Positions 1-10,092 are shown, counted from the stretch's first letter. The stretch: 61,242 nt of DNA from an uncultured Stenotrophomonas sp. (GCA_946223375.1 CAMICU010000001.1:1-61242), one strand, 5' to 3'. A program made the numbers and translations. Notes: generated by a model not told the origin, from the letters alone.

Positions 1-2
1 GC

Positions 3-602
3 GTGGTGCCGGGCGTGGCCGAGCTGATCGTGCACCAGACCTTGCTGCTCGGCATCGGCGTGCTGCTGGGTACCCGCCGTGCACAGCTGGGCCGCCGCCT
101 GTGCTTCGATGCGGTCACGCTGCTGGGCATGGCGGCCGCGTTCGTGCTGGTGGCCGTATGCGGGCTGTTCTACTACGTCGGCTTCACCGCCTGGGCACAG
201 GACTACCCGCGCGGTGGCAACGTGCCGGTGCTGGCGCTGGCGGTGCTGCTGTTCGCGCTGGCGACGGTGGCGTTCGGGTTGTTCGTCGGCAGTTTCTTCG
301 CCACCCGCGAACGCGCCTTCCAGTACGTCACCGGCGTGTCGATTCCGTTGTTCTTCCTGTCCAACCTGTCGTGGCCGGCGCTGGCGTCACCGCCGCTGCT
401 GGTGGCATTGGCCAAGCTGCTGCCGACCACGGCCGGCATCAATGCGATCGTGCGCACCCAGCAGATGGGGGCGCACGTGGCCGAGATCCACGTCGAGCTG
501 TGGAACCTGCTCGGGCTGGCGCTGCTGTACGGCGCGCTGGCGCTGTGGCGGTTCCGCGCGCCGCCGCGTCCGGTCGACGCCGGCCTTGCGCCCCTGGTTT
601 AA
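3..602 (+). CDS. ABC-2 type transporter permease, C-terminal part (5' end outside window)
   Basis: Multiple hydrophobic helices; 'SIPLFFLSNLSWP...LLPTTAGINAIVR' resembles the C-terminus of YhhJ/YbhR-type permeases; open from the window edge. Confidence 0.8.
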   Translation: MVPGVAELIVHQTLLLGIGVLLGTRRAQLGRRLCFDAVTLLGMAAAFVLVAVCGLFYYVGFTAWAQDYPRGGNVPVLALAVLLFALATVAFGLFVGSFFATRERAFQYVTGVSIPLFFLSNLSWPALASPPLLVALAKLLPTTAGINAIVRTQQMGAHVAEIHVELWNLLGLALLYGALALWRFRAPPRPVDAGLAPLV

Positions 603-687
603 ACCTTCCAGGCAGCCCGGGCATCCAATCGGGGTCACGGTGCGGGCAGCGAGCCCGGTGCCGCCCACCTGCCCGGAGAGTTCCCGC

Positions 688-1797
688 ATGCCGTTCGTCC
701 GCACCTGTCGCCTCCTGAGTCTGCTGGCCCTGTGGCTGCCCGGCCTCGCGTTGGCCAGCCCCGCCATCGATGCCGCCAACGTACAGGCCCGCCAGTTCAT
801 CACCCGGGTGCAGGCCGACCAGCGCATTCCCGGGATGCAGGTCACGGTGATCAAGGATGGGCAGGTGGTGCTGTCGGAGAACCGGGGCCTGGCCAATGTC
901 GAGAACCAGGTGCCGGTCACCGCGACCACCTTGTTTCCGATCAATTCCGCGACCAAGTCCTTCACCGGCGTGGCGATCATGCAGCTGGTGGCGCAGCGTA
1001 AGGTGGCGCTGGATGCGCCGATCTCCCGCTATCTGGATGAGCTGCCGCCGGCCTGGCAGGGCATCCGCGTGCGCCAGCTGCTGGCGCACACCTCCGGCCT
1101 GCCGGACATCGTCGATGGGGATGGCCTGGTCGGCGGTGGCAACGAGCAGGCGGCGTGGCAGGCGGTCAGGGCGTTGCCGATGGCGGGCCCGGCGGGTGCC
1201 GGTTTTGCCTACAACCAGACCAATTACGGCCTGCTGGCGCAGATCATCCAGCGGGTGAGCGGAATGCCGTACGAACGCTTCGTGGCCGAACGGCAGTTCG
1301 CCGCCGCCGGCATGCGCCGCGCCACCTTCGGCGACAGCTACGACCTGGTTCCCGGCGCGGTGACCGTCTACAGCTGGTCACCGCGTGGCACGCTGGCCAG
1401 CGACGATGCCGATCGCCTGTCGCACCGCTTCCATGACATCCCGTACAGCCTGTGGGCCGGCGGCGGACTGCAGAGCAGCGCTGCTGAGCTGTCGCAATGG
1501 CTGATCGCGCTGATGGACGGCAGCCTGCTCGATGCCGCCGGTCGCCGGCGGATGTGGACGGCGGAGACGCTGGGCAATGGCGCCGACGGCGCCTGGGGCA
1601 TGGGTTGGCCGGTGCTGCAGTCGGCCCCCGAGCAGGTGGTGGCCGGCATCGGCGGAGCGCGGGCCGCGTTCATCGTCTATCCGCAGCAGGCGCTGGCGGT
1701 GGTCGTGCTGACCAACCTGGCCGGCTCCAACCCGCAACGCTTCATCGGCGACATCGCCGCGTTCTATCGCGCGCCGGCGGTACCATCGCCGCGCTGA
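688..1797 (+). CDS. Exported serine hydrolase, beta-lactamase/PBP fold
   Basis: ATG 688 after GGAGAG; signal-peptide-like N-terminus; SATK (SxxK), LLAHTSGL, FAYNQTNYGLL. Confidence 0.85.
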   Translation: MPFVRTCRLLSLLALWLPGLALASPAIDAANVQARQFITRVQADQRIPGMQVTVIKDGQVVLSENRGLANVENQVPVTATTLFPINSATKSFTGVAIMQLVAQRKVALDAPISRYLDELPPAWQGIRVRQLLAHTSGLPDIVDGDGLVGGGNEQAAWQAVRALPMAGPAGAGFAYNQTNYGLLAQIIQRVSGMPYERFVAERQFAAAGMRRATFGDSYDLVPGAVTVYSWSPRGTLASDDADRLSHRFHDIPYSLWAGGGLQSSAAELSQWLIALMDGSLLDAAGRRRMWTAETLGNGADGAWGMGWPVLQSAPEQVVAGIGGARAAFIVYPQQALAVVVLTNLAGSNPQRFIGDIAAFYRAPAVPSPR

Positions 1798-1822
1798 CCG
1801 GCGTGGCCGGCGCCGGTCTGTC

Positions 1823-3526
1823 TCAATAGCGGGCGGCCTTGAGCGGCGCGTCGGCCCACTGCCAGGCCACGCCGTACTGGCGCGTGGTTTCGCGTGCCGC
1901 ATCGGCCTGGCCGAGCGCCTGCTGCGCCTGCGCCAGGCCGAACAGCGACCAGCCATTGGCCGGGTAGGTCTGCAGGTCCTGCCGGAAGGCCTCGGCCGCG
2001 CCGCGGGCATCACCGGCGTCGAGCAGGGCGGCGCCGAGGTAGGGCCGTACCGGCAGCGGCCAGTCGGCCGGTTCGTTGTAGGCCAGCGCATCCTCGGCGG
2101 CGGCCGCCTCGCGCAGCGCCGCGATCGCCTCGACCGGCTTGCCCTGCGCACGCAGCAGCTCCCCGCGCAGCAGTGCGTCGGCCACGCGCAGGACCGCATC
2201 GGCGTGGTTGATGTCGAAGAAGCTCACCTGCGCCAGGGCCGGGTCCACGCTGATGGCGTGCAGTGCGGCCGCTTCGCGCCCGGCCTCGTCCAGCGCGCCC
2301 TTGCGCAGCAATGCCATGCCGCGGGCGAAGTGCTGGATGGCGCGGGGATAGGGCAGGGTCGGCGCCTCCGCGGTGTCGGCAAGGATCGTCCTCCAGTCGC
2401 CGAACCGGACCCGGGTGAGGGTGGGGGCGACGACGAACTGCTGCATGAACTGCATCGGCGCTTCGCCCATCACCGCATGGTCGGCACGTTGTGCGGTCTG
2501 CCGCGCCGCTTCCAGCGCCAGCGTGCGCGAGCCGGTCAGCCCGGTGGTCATCGTCGCGAAGTGCCAGTTGTGCGGCACGTAGCCGAGCGGGTAGACACCG
2601 TTGCTGCCGCGGCACACGGCCAGGAAATCCTTGTCGGCGGTGCTGGCGGCCAGGTTGGTCAGGGTGGCGTCGTGGTAGCGGCCGACACGGATGTAGATAT
2701 GCGCCGGCATATGCACCAGATGGCCGGAGCCGGGCGCCAGCGCGGCCAGCGCATCGGCGTACGGCTCGCCGCGCGCCGGCGTCGGGGATGCCTCGACCGC
2801 GTGGATGTAGTAATGCATCGCGCCGATATGGCGCGGGTTGCGCGCCAGCACGCGCTCCAGCTCACCGACCAGCGCCGGGGTGTACGCGGCCGGGCTGCCG
2901 TCGGCATTCCAGTATGCCCAGGGCGACAGGTCCATCAGCGCCTCGGCATACAGCGTGGCCGCATCGTCGTCGCCCGGATGCTGCTTGACCACGGCGGCCA
3001 TCGCCTCGGCGTAGGCGCGGTCCAGCGGGCCGCGGTCATCCGGCGCGGGATCGACATAGCGTGCCTGCAGCGCCTGGATCAGCGCCCGGTCGGCCGGTCG
3101 CGCGGTGGCGGCCAGCTGTGCGGCACGGGCGGCCAGCGTGGCGGCGTCCCCGGCCAGCGCCGGGTCCATCGGCAGGTTGATGTTCGGCCCGAGCACCAGC
3201 GCTTGGCCCCACACGCACATCGCGCAGCGCGGGTCCAGCCGTGCCGCCTCGGCGAACGCACGCCCGGCCGCGTCATGGTTGAAGCCATAGGCCAGGCGCA
3301 GCCCCTGGTCGAAGTAGCGCTGCGCCTGCGGCACGTCGGTGCCGATATCCCGATGCAGGTCGCCGAAGGTCTCGAACAGCGGTACCTCAGTCGTTGCACT
3401 CGCCGCGGCCGCGGCCGCAGCGGCGCCGGGCTGCGGGGCGCCGGATTCACAGCCGGCAAGCGGCAGCGCGAGCACGGCCGCGGTCAGCGCCAGCGTGGTC
3501 AGCGCGGGCAGGGATCGAGTGAGCAT
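1823..3526 (-). CDS. TPR-like helical-repeat lipoprotein
   Basis: AGGAG before ATG 3526; lipobox LAGC; TPR-like helices (AQRYFDQGLRLAYGFNH, LGAALLDAGDARGAAEAF); His-rich segments. Confidence 0.75.
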   Translation of the reverse strand: MLTRSLPALTTLALTAAVLALPLAGCESGAPQPGAAAAAAAASATTEVPLFETFGDLHRDIGTDVPQAQRYFDQGLRLAYGFNHDAAGRAFAEAARLDPRCAMCVWGQALVLGPNINLPMDPALAGDAATLAARAAQLAATARPADRALIQALQARYVDPAPDDRGPLDRAYAEAMAAVVKQHPGDDDAATLYAEALMDLSPWAYWNADGSPAAYTPALVGELERVLARNPRHIGAMHYYIHAVEASPTPARGEPYADALAALAPGSGHLVHMPAHIYIRVGRYHDATLTNLAASTADKDFLAVCRGSNGVYPLGYVPHNWHFATMTTGLTGSRTLALEAARQTAQRADHAVMGEAPMQFMQQFVVAPTLTRVRFGDWRTILADTAEAPTLPYPRAIQHFARGMALLRKGALDEAGREAAALHAISVDPALAQVSFFDINHADAVLRVADALLRGELLRAQGKPVEAIAALREAAAAEDALAYNEPADWPLPVRPYLGAALLDAGDARGAAEAFRQDLQTYPANGWSLFGLAQAQQALGQADAARETTRQYGVAWQWADAPLKAARY

Positions 3527-3658
3527 CACGGCCACTCCTGGACAGGCACGGCGGACGATACTGCCGGCAAAACCGGGGTTTGATAGGGCGATGTGAAGTT
3601 TCCGCCAAATGCCGGATCGGGCACATCGTGCGCGGGGCGGCGTATGGCGCCGGCCGCT

Positions 3659-4360
3659 TCAGGCCAGCGCCAGCATGCCGCGCAGGGCAGCGACATGGGC
3701 ACGGCCCACCGGCAGCTCCGCGCCGTCGGCGAGTACCAGCCAATAGCGGCTGCCCGAGCCGGCATGCAGGCGCCGCACATGGCGCAGGTTGACCAGGTAG
3801 GACCGGTGGCAGCGCACGAAATCCGGTGGCAGCACGGCCATCAGGCCCGCCAGCGACTTGTCGTGCAGCTCGCTGCGACCGTCACGCATGCGCAGTGCGC
3901 TGTAGTCGCCGTCCGCGCGTATCCACAGCACGTCGGCCAGTTCCACCAGCGCGGTGCCCTGCGCCCGCCAGATGCCCAGGTAACGGGCGCTGCCGGAGCG
4001 GTAGCGGCCGACGTCGAGCAGGCGCTCGAGTGCCTGCCCCAGGCGCTCGCGCGAGAAGGGCTTGGGCACGAAGTCGAGTACGCCGTGCGCGAACGCTTCC
4101 AGCGCACGATCGCGATGCGCCGACACCACGACGCAGTGGTAGCGCCCGGCGACCGCGCGTCGCAGCAGCTCGAAGCCGTCCTCGCCCCCCAGGTTCAGAT
4201 CCAGCAGCAGGCCGTCATAGACGCTGCGCTGCAGGCGGTCGCCGGCGGCCTCCAGGTCGGCCACGGCGTCGAAACGCGCGCGGCTGCCGGCCAGCTCGCC
4301 GCACAGGCGCAACAGGCGCTGTTGCACCAGCGGTTCGTCCTCGACGATCAGGATGCGCAT
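3659..4360 (-). CDS. LytTR-family response regulator
   Basis: MRILIVEDE receiver start, LLLDLNL, KP; LytTR motif FVRCHRSYLVN; overlaps the end of the upstream kinase gene. Confidence 0.92.
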   Translation of the reverse strand: MRILIVEDEPLVQQRLLRLCGELAGSRARFDAVADLEAAGDRLQRSVYDGLLLDLNLGGEDGFELLRRAVAGRYHCVVVSAHRDRALEAFAHGVLDFVPKPFSRERLGQALERLLDVGRYRSGSARYLGIWRAQGTALVELADVLWIRADGDYSALRMRDGRSELHDKSLAGLMAVLPPDFVRCHRSYLVNLRHVRRLHAGSGSRYWLVLADGAELPVGRAHVAALRGMLALA

Positions 4361-6075
4361 GGCAGTACGATCCTCCCGCACCAGTCGGCCTCGTCGGCGC
4401 CCTGCTCGAAGCGCCACTGGCCGGCGTAGGCGGCCGCCAGACTGGCTTCGATGTAACGGCTCCCGGTGCCGTGGCCGCGACGGGGCGCGCTGCCGCGGGC
4501 GCTGCGCAGTTCCAGGACCCAGTGATCGTGCCGGCGCTGCACGTGCAGGTGGAACGGGCGCTGCGCGCAGGCACGCGCGCCGGCATGGGTCAGCGCGTTC
4601 TCGACCTGCGCATGCAGGACCCCCGGTGGCAGCCACAGCTGGCTGTCATCGACATCCTCGGCATCGACGATGAGGGCCAGGGGCTGGTCCAGCGCGACCC
4701 CGACGATGTCCAGATGGCTGCGGCAGAGCGCCAGTTCGTCCCGCAGCGGAACGCTCTGGCGGGCGCTGCTGTCGCGCAGGCGGTCGAACTGCTCGGCCAG
4801 CGACTCGACCAGGCGGCTGGCCCGTGAGGGTGCCTGTTCGATCAGCTCCTGCAGGCAGGTCAGCGTGTTCATCAGCCAGTGCGGGTGGATGCCCCGCTGC
4901 AGCAGCTGCAACGCAAGCTGGGCGCGTTCCTCGCGCAGGCGGACATTGTGCTGGTCCAGCGCACGCAGCTGTTCGGCATGCCGCACCAGCAGGAACACCA
5001 TCAGTACCGCCAGCAGCAGGAAGTAGGGGCCGTCGAGGAACAGCCCATGGGCGATCAGCAGCGCCGAGACTCCGGCCAGCAGCAGCGCCAGCAGCGGGCC
5101 ACGGTCCTCCTGCGCACCGCGCGCGCGCAGCAGCAGTGCGGTGGACACCAGCAGGCTCAGCAGCAGGACGCCGGCGGACCCCGCGTCGAAGCCGGGCAGC
5201 ACCATCGCGGCCACCACGAGCGTGAGCAGGTAGAGGATCGCCAGCCCCGCCGGCACCCGGATCGCGAAGTGGCGCGCGAGGTAGGCCGGCAGCAGCGCGG
5301 CCGCCGCCACGTGCAGGGCAAGCAGGGCGAACAGCCGCGGGGCATGCCACGGGTAGTCGTAGCCCAGCAGCGACCGCCAGCCTTCGATGACCGGCAGCAG
5401 CAGCCCGACCGCGCCCAGCGCGAGCAGCAGGTAGGCACCGGGCATGCGCCGCCGGCCGCGCTGCACGGCCAGGAAGTACAGGCACGCCGCGCCCAGTGCG
5501 CCGGTGGCGAAGGCGGCGATCAGCCAGGGCCGGAGGCCGTGGCGGTAGAGCACCTGCACCGGTGCCAGCACGACCAGCGCATCGGCGCTGCGGAAGTGGT
5601 AGCCCTGGTGCTGGCTGGAGGCCAGTACCCGCAGTTCGTCGGTCCCGCTGCGGGATGACGCCGGCAGCACCTGGAGCAGGTCGATGCGCCCGGGCTGCTC
5701 CTGTGCCGGCGTGCTGCCTACGCGGCCGTTGGCGGCCAGTGGCTGCCCGTTCCAGTACAGGCGGCTGGCCGCGCGCAGCGACAGGCGCAGGGCGCGGCTG
5801 CCCGCGTCCGGCGTGGTGGCGGCCGGCAGCTGCCAGCGCAGCCAGTACGGGCCGCGCCAGCCGGCCAGTTCGCGCTGGTCCAGCGGCTGCCAGTGCAGCG
5901 GGTCCGCCGGCGGCGTGGCCAGTGCGGTCGATACCGGCGCAGTGGCCAGCGCCATCTGCGTCGGTTGCAGGTACACGGTGTCCGGTGGTGGCAACGAGGT
6001 CAGCAGCCAGGCCGCCACGGCTGCCAGCATCACGGCTAGTACGGCAAGGGTTCGTGGAATCTGCATGGGGCTCAT
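4348..6075 (-). CDS. LytS-type membrane sensor histidine kinase
   Basis: Periplasmic domain plus several TM helices; H-box IHPHWLMNTL; LRDEL; VENALTH N-box; GHGTG. Confidence 0.85.
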   Translation of the reverse strand: MSPMQIPRTLAVLAVMLAAVAAWLLTSLPPPDTVYLQPTQMALATAPVSTALATPPADPLHWQPLDQRELAGWRGPYWLRWQLPAATTPDAGSRALRLSLRAASRLYWNGQPLAANGRVGSTPAQEQPGRIDLLQVLPASSRSGTDELRVLASSQHQGYHFRSADALVVLAPVQVLYRHGLRPWLIAAFATGALGAACLYFLAVQRGRRRMPGAYLLLALGAVGLLLPVIEGWRSLLGYDYPWHAPRLFALLALHVAAAALLPAYLARHFAIRVPAGLAILYLLTLVVAAMVLPGFDAGSAGVLLLSLLVSTALLLRARGAQEDRGPLLALLLAGVSALLIAHGLFLDGPYFLLLAVLMVFLLVRHAEQLRALDQHNVRLREERAQLALQLLQRGIHPHWLMNTLTCLQELIEQAPSRASRLVESLAEQFDRLRDSSARQSVPLRDELALCRSHLDIVGVALDQPLALIVDAEDVDDSQLWLPPGVLHAQVENALTHAGARACAQRPFHLHVQRRHDHWVLELRSARGSAPRRGHGTGSRYIEASLAAAYAGQWRFEQGADEADWCGRIVLPCAS

Positions 6076-6245
6076 CGTATCGGTTGCGCGGAGACACTGG
6101 GCCCATTGCTGGAGCTGTTCGGCGGAGGCGTGCGCGGGGCGGCCTGCGCAGCGGGTGATGCTCCGTGCCACTGGGGCGAGCCGGTGCCGCGCAGGGCAAT
6201 CCACACCGGACCGTCGTCAGCCTTCCCGTCCTGCCGGAGTCCGCC

Positions 6246-7763
6246 ATGATCGACGTACCGCTGTTGCTGTCCCGTTTCCGCACCACCGCCCGCCATGGCG
6301 CCGTCGTGCGGCGCGCGCTGCTGTGTCTGGGCGTGGCGGTTGCCACGCCGGTAGTGGCCGCCGATGCACCCGCGCCATTGCAGTTCGCGCCGTATGCGCT
6401 GGAGACCCAGGGCCACGGCACCATCGCCGCGGAGGCGGCGTTCCTGCAGGTGCCGCGCCGGCATGCGCAGCCGGACGGGCCGCAGATGCGGCTGAAGGTG
6501 GTGCGCCTGCGCGCCACCGGCGGTGACGGCCGCGCCGCGCCGGTGGTCTACCTGGCCGGTGGCCCCGGCGGGTCGGGCATCAGCACCGCGCGCGGCCCGC
6601 GCTGGCCGGTGTTCGACCGGGTCCGGCAGGAAACCGATGTGCTGCTGCTCGACCAGCGCGGTGCGGGGCTCTCCGAGCCACCGCCCGAATGCCCGCACCA
6701 GCAGCGCTTCGATGACGCCCAGCCGCTGCAGCGCGATGCGGCGCTGGCCGCGCTGCGTGCCACCGCGGCGCAATGCGTGGCGTTCTGGCGGCAGGCGGGC
6801 GTGGACCTGGCGGCCTATACCACCGAGGAAAGCGCTGCCGACCTGGAGGACCTGCGGCGCGCGCTGGGGGTGCCGAAGATCAGCCTGTGGGGCATGAGCT
6901 ACGGCACCCACCTGGCGCTGGCCGCGACCCGCCGGCATGGCCAGGGCCTGGACCACGTCGTGCTGATGGGCGTGGAGGGGCCGGACGACACGCTGAAGCT
7001 GCCATTGAGTGCCGACGCGCTGTTCGCCGAGTTGTCGGTGCTGGCCGCGAAGGATGGCTTCGCGGACCTGGAAGGCACGGCGAGGCGTGTGCTGGACATG
7101 CTGCGCCAGCAGCCGCGCCAGGGCCACAGCGCGATGCGCAAGGGCCGGCCGGTGATGATCGGTGCCTATGACGCGCAGCGGGTCATGGCGATGTCGTTGG
7201 GGCAGCGCCACACCCAGCAATGGTTGCCCTGGGTGCTGCGTGCCGCCGGGCAGGGCAACTACGATCCGATGGCCGACCTCGTGCTGATCATGCGCGAGTC
7301 GCTCGGCCAGTTCCAGGCCATGCCGCTGGCGATGGATGTGGCCTCCGGGCAGAGTCCGCAGCGTCGTGCCGAGGTGGAAGCGCAGGCGCGCCGGAGCCTG
7401 TTCGGTGATGCGCTGAACTTCCCGTTCCCGGCGGTCGCCGATGGGCTTGGCCTGCGCGTGCTGGACGATGCATTCCGGGCACCGCTGCGCAGTGACGTGC
7501 CGACGCTGTTGATCAGCGGCACGCTGGACGGGCGCACGCCCCCGGCCAATGCGCAGGCACTGCTGCCGGGGCTGGGCAACAGTACGTCGCTGCAGGTGCG
7601 CGGTGCCAGCCACCACCATGAGCTGTGGCTGGGTGATCCAGCCATTGCCGAGCATATCGCCGACTTCCTCGCCGGGCGGCCGGTGGAGGATGCGGAGCTG
7701 GAAGTGGCGCCGCCGGTGTTCGCCAGGGACCAGGAGGCGCTGCTGCGCAGCCTTCCGCGTTGA
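6246..7763 (+). CDS. Exported alpha/beta hydrolase (S33/TAP-like peptidase)
   Basis: YLAGGPGGSG, DQRGAGLS, nucleophile elbow GMSYG, SGTLDGRTP, GASH; divergent from the kinase gene. Confidence 0.88.
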   Translation: MIDVPLLLSRFRTTARHGAVVRRALLCLGVAVATPVVAADAPAPLQFAPYALETQGHGTIAAEAAFLQVPRRHAQPDGPQMRLKVVRLRATGGDGRAAPVVYLAGGPGGSGISTARGPRWPVFDRVRQETDVLLLDQRGAGLSEPPPECPHQQRFDDAQPLQRDAALAALRATAAQCVAFWRQAGVDLAAYTTEESAADLEDLRRALGVPKISLWGMSYGTHLALAATRRHGQGLDHVVLMGVEGPDDTLKLPLSADALFAELSVLAAKDGFADLEGTARRVLDMLRQQPRQGHSAMRKGRPVMIGAYDAQRVMAMSLGQRHTQQWLPWVLRAAGQGNYDPMADLVLIMRESLGQFQAMPLAMDVASGQSPQRRAEVEAQARRSLFGDALNFPFPAVADGLGLRVLDDAFRAPLRSDVPTLLISGTLDGRTPPANAQALLPGLGNSTSLQVRGASHHHELWLGDPAIAEHIADFLAGRPVEDAELEVAPPVFARDQEALLRSLPR

Positions 7764-7934
7764 AGGCAGCGGGCGTTGCGGCAGCTGCCTTCAGCAGTCG
7801 GCACCGTCGCGTGATCGGGCGGTGCCGGCCGGTACAGCCATTAGCTGGGGTGATGGCTGGATCGAGTTCTTCTCGATTGTGCGCGCTGGCCCCGCGGCGC
7901 ACTGTGCGTGCCTCCTCGCTACGGATTGCCGCAC

Positions 7935-8816
7935 ATGAAGATCGGTTGTGTTTCTCCACGGTTCACGGGTTTGCTTGCCGCCGCCCTGCTGGCCGTGGCC
8001 TGTCCGGCGACGGCCGCGGACCCGGCCGAATGGTCGGCACCGGTGGCGCCGTTCCGTATCGCCGGCAACATCCATTATGTAGGTACGCAGGGACTGTCGG
8101 CCTATCTGATCACCACCACGCAGGGCGCGATCCTGCTGGATGCCACGCTCGCCGGCAACGCCGCGCTGATCGAGCGCAACATCGAAAGCGTGGGGGTGGA
8201 TCTGGCCGAGGTGAAGCTGTTGATCAGCGATCATGCGCATGCCGACCACGTCGGTGCGATGGCACAGATCAAGCGCGATACCGGTGCGCGCTTCATCGCC
8301 AGCGCGGGTGACCGCTGGGCGCTGGAGAACGGGCGCAATCAAGGGGACAACAATTATGGCGTGCAGCCGTTCGATCCGGTCGGCGTGGACCAGGTGATCG
8401 GCGACGGTGAGCGGATCCGGCTGGGCGAGGTCGAGCTGACCGCGCACCTGACGCCGGGTCACACCCGTGGCTGCACCAGCTGGAGCATGACCGTGGAGGA
8501 ACGCGGGACGCCACGCGAGGTGCTGTTCCTGTGCAGCATCTCGGTGGCCGGCAACACGCTGGTGGGCAATCGGGCCTACCCGGGCATCGCCGCCGACTAC
8601 CGGGCCAGCTTCGCCAAGCTGGCGCGGATGCGGGCCGACATCGTGCTGAGCAGCCATCCCTCGGTGGCCGAGGTGCTGGAGCGCGAGCAGCAGCGGGCCA
8701 ACGGCGATGCCGATGCGTTCCTGGCGCCGACCCTGCTGCCGACGCTGGTGGAGAACTTCAGGGCCGAGTTCGAGGCGAGCCTGGCCAAGGCACAGACCCG
8801 CGCGGCGCAGCCCTGA
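7935..8816 (+). CDS. Subclass B3 metallo-beta-lactamase
   Basis: Signal peptide; WSAPVAPFRIAGNIHYVGT; HAHADH (HxHxDH); TPGHTRGCTSW; SSHP. Confidence 0.88.
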   Translation: MKIGCVSPRFTGLLAAALLAVACPATAADPAEWSAPVAPFRIAGNIHYVGTQGLSAYLITTTQGAILLDATLAGNAALIERNIESVGVDLAEVKLLISDHAHADHVGAMAQIKRDTGARFIASAGDRWALENGRNQGDNNYGVQPFDPVGVDQVIGDGERIRLGEVELTAHLTPGHTRGCTSWSMTVEERGTPREVLFLCSISVAGNTLVGNRAYPGIAADYRASFAKLARMRADIVLSSHPSVAEVLEREQQRANGDADAFLAPTLLPTLVENFRAEFEASLAKAQTRAAQP

Positions 8817-8890
8817 TCCGGTCCGCACCGGCATGGCCGCATCCCGTACAAGCGCAGGCCGCCACGCTGGTGGCCTGCGCGGTGCAGTGC

Positions 8891-9904
8891 TCACCGCACC
8901 GGCAAGGCGATCGGGCGCAACGGCGCGGCATCGCCGCCGCGGATCTTCAGTGGCCCACCGATGAAGGCGAACTCGTAGACCTTGTCGCGTGCCAGTTCGT
9001 CCAGCGCGATCAGCTCGATGATCGGCGCGCCCTGCTGGGCCAGCAGGTAGGTGTGCAGCGGCACGTAGTCGTCGGACACCTCCGAGGGGAAGGTCTCGAA
9101 GCTGAGGTTGTCGGCGCCGACGATCATCGCGCCGCTGTCCTCCACCAGGAAGCGCGCCGCGTCCAGGCCCATGCCCGGCGGGTTGGCCATGTAGGCCTTG
9201 GGCTGTTCGAACAGGCGCATGCGGCCGGTGCGGATCAGCACGACGTCGCCCTGCTGCAGCTTCACCTGCTGGCGTGCCAGCGCATCCTTCAGGTCCTGGC
9301 GGGTGACGCGGTAGCTGTCCGGCAGCATGTCCACGCCCTTGGCGCCGGCCACGTCGATCAGCACGCCGCGTGCCACCAGCGGCGGGAATTTCTCGACGCC
9401 GGTGACCTTCCAGCCGCGGTCGCCCAGATGCCTGGCGGCCTCGAAACCGTTCCAGATACGGCCATGGATGCCGAAGTGATTGAGCGCGTCGATATGGGTG
9501 CCGGTGTGGCTGTACATCGAGAACGCGGTGCCGGTGTAGCTGCGGGTGCGGTTCATCGTTTCGCCGACGCCCATCGGGTCATCGACCAGCGTGCCCTGCG
9601 GCGTATGCGTCATCCAGAACTGGTAGTGCGGATCGCCGGCGTCCTGCCAGCTGGGCATGCCGACGTAGTAGTCGGTGGCCAGGTCGTAGACCTTGCCGCC
9701 GCGCACCCGTGACAGGATCGTCGCGCGCGAGGTCTCGGTGATCAGGTTGAGCCGGCCGATCTCATCGTCCGGCCCCCAGGGGCTGATGCCGACCTGCTGG
9801 CCGGAAGGCACCGCTTCCGTGTGCGGGCCGGGGTGGGCGGAAGCGAGCGGCGACAGCGCGGCCAGCAGCAGGCCGAGCGCGGTGGTGAGGGAATGTCGGG
9901 TCAT
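8891..9904 (-). CDS. Cyclase-family (kynurenine formamidase-like) metal hydrolase with signal peptide
   Basis: WGPDDEIGRLN, HTGTHIDA, GDVVLIRTG, PIIE, GGDAAPLRPIA. Confidence 0.9.
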   Translation of the reverse strand: MTRHSLTTALGLLLAALSPLASAHPGPHTEAVPSGQQVGISPWGPDDEIGRLNLITETSRATILSRVRGGKVYDLATDYYVGMPSWQDAGDPHYQFWMTHTPQGTLVDDPMGVGETMNRTRSYTGTAFSMYSHTGTHIDALNHFGIHGRIWNGFEAARHLGDRGWKVTGVEKFPPLVARGVLIDVAGAKGVDMLPDSYRVTRQDLKDALARQQVKLQQGDVVLIRTGRMRLFEQPKAYMANPPGMGLDAARFLVEDSGAMIVGADNLSFETFPSEVSDDYVPLHTYLLAQQGAPIIELIALDELARDKVYEFAFIGGPLKIRGGDAAPLRPIALPVR

Positions 9905-10092
9905 GGCGAACTCCTTGCGGGGGAACGACGCTGTGCGTCGGGCCTGGAGCAGGCGCGGGGCAAGCGACGTTCGACTGCGCGGAGTCTTTGGCGGCTCGCC
10001 GTTGCCGGGCCTGTTCCAGTGGGAGGACGCAGGTTAGGCAGCGGCCGCCGGATGAAACAGCGCCCGCCCGGCAGCTCAGTTTCAACCGGGCG

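Noticed and set aside
649..6190. GCGAGCC(C)GGTGCCGC upstream of both the 688 and 6246 hydrolases as a LytTR site
   Set aside because: GC-rich, needs an indel, and is not arranged as the spaced direct repeat typical of LytTR sites; could be chance.
7935..8816. Naming the MBL blaL1
   Set aside because: The sequence does not match the recalled L1 N-terminus, so it was left unnamed.
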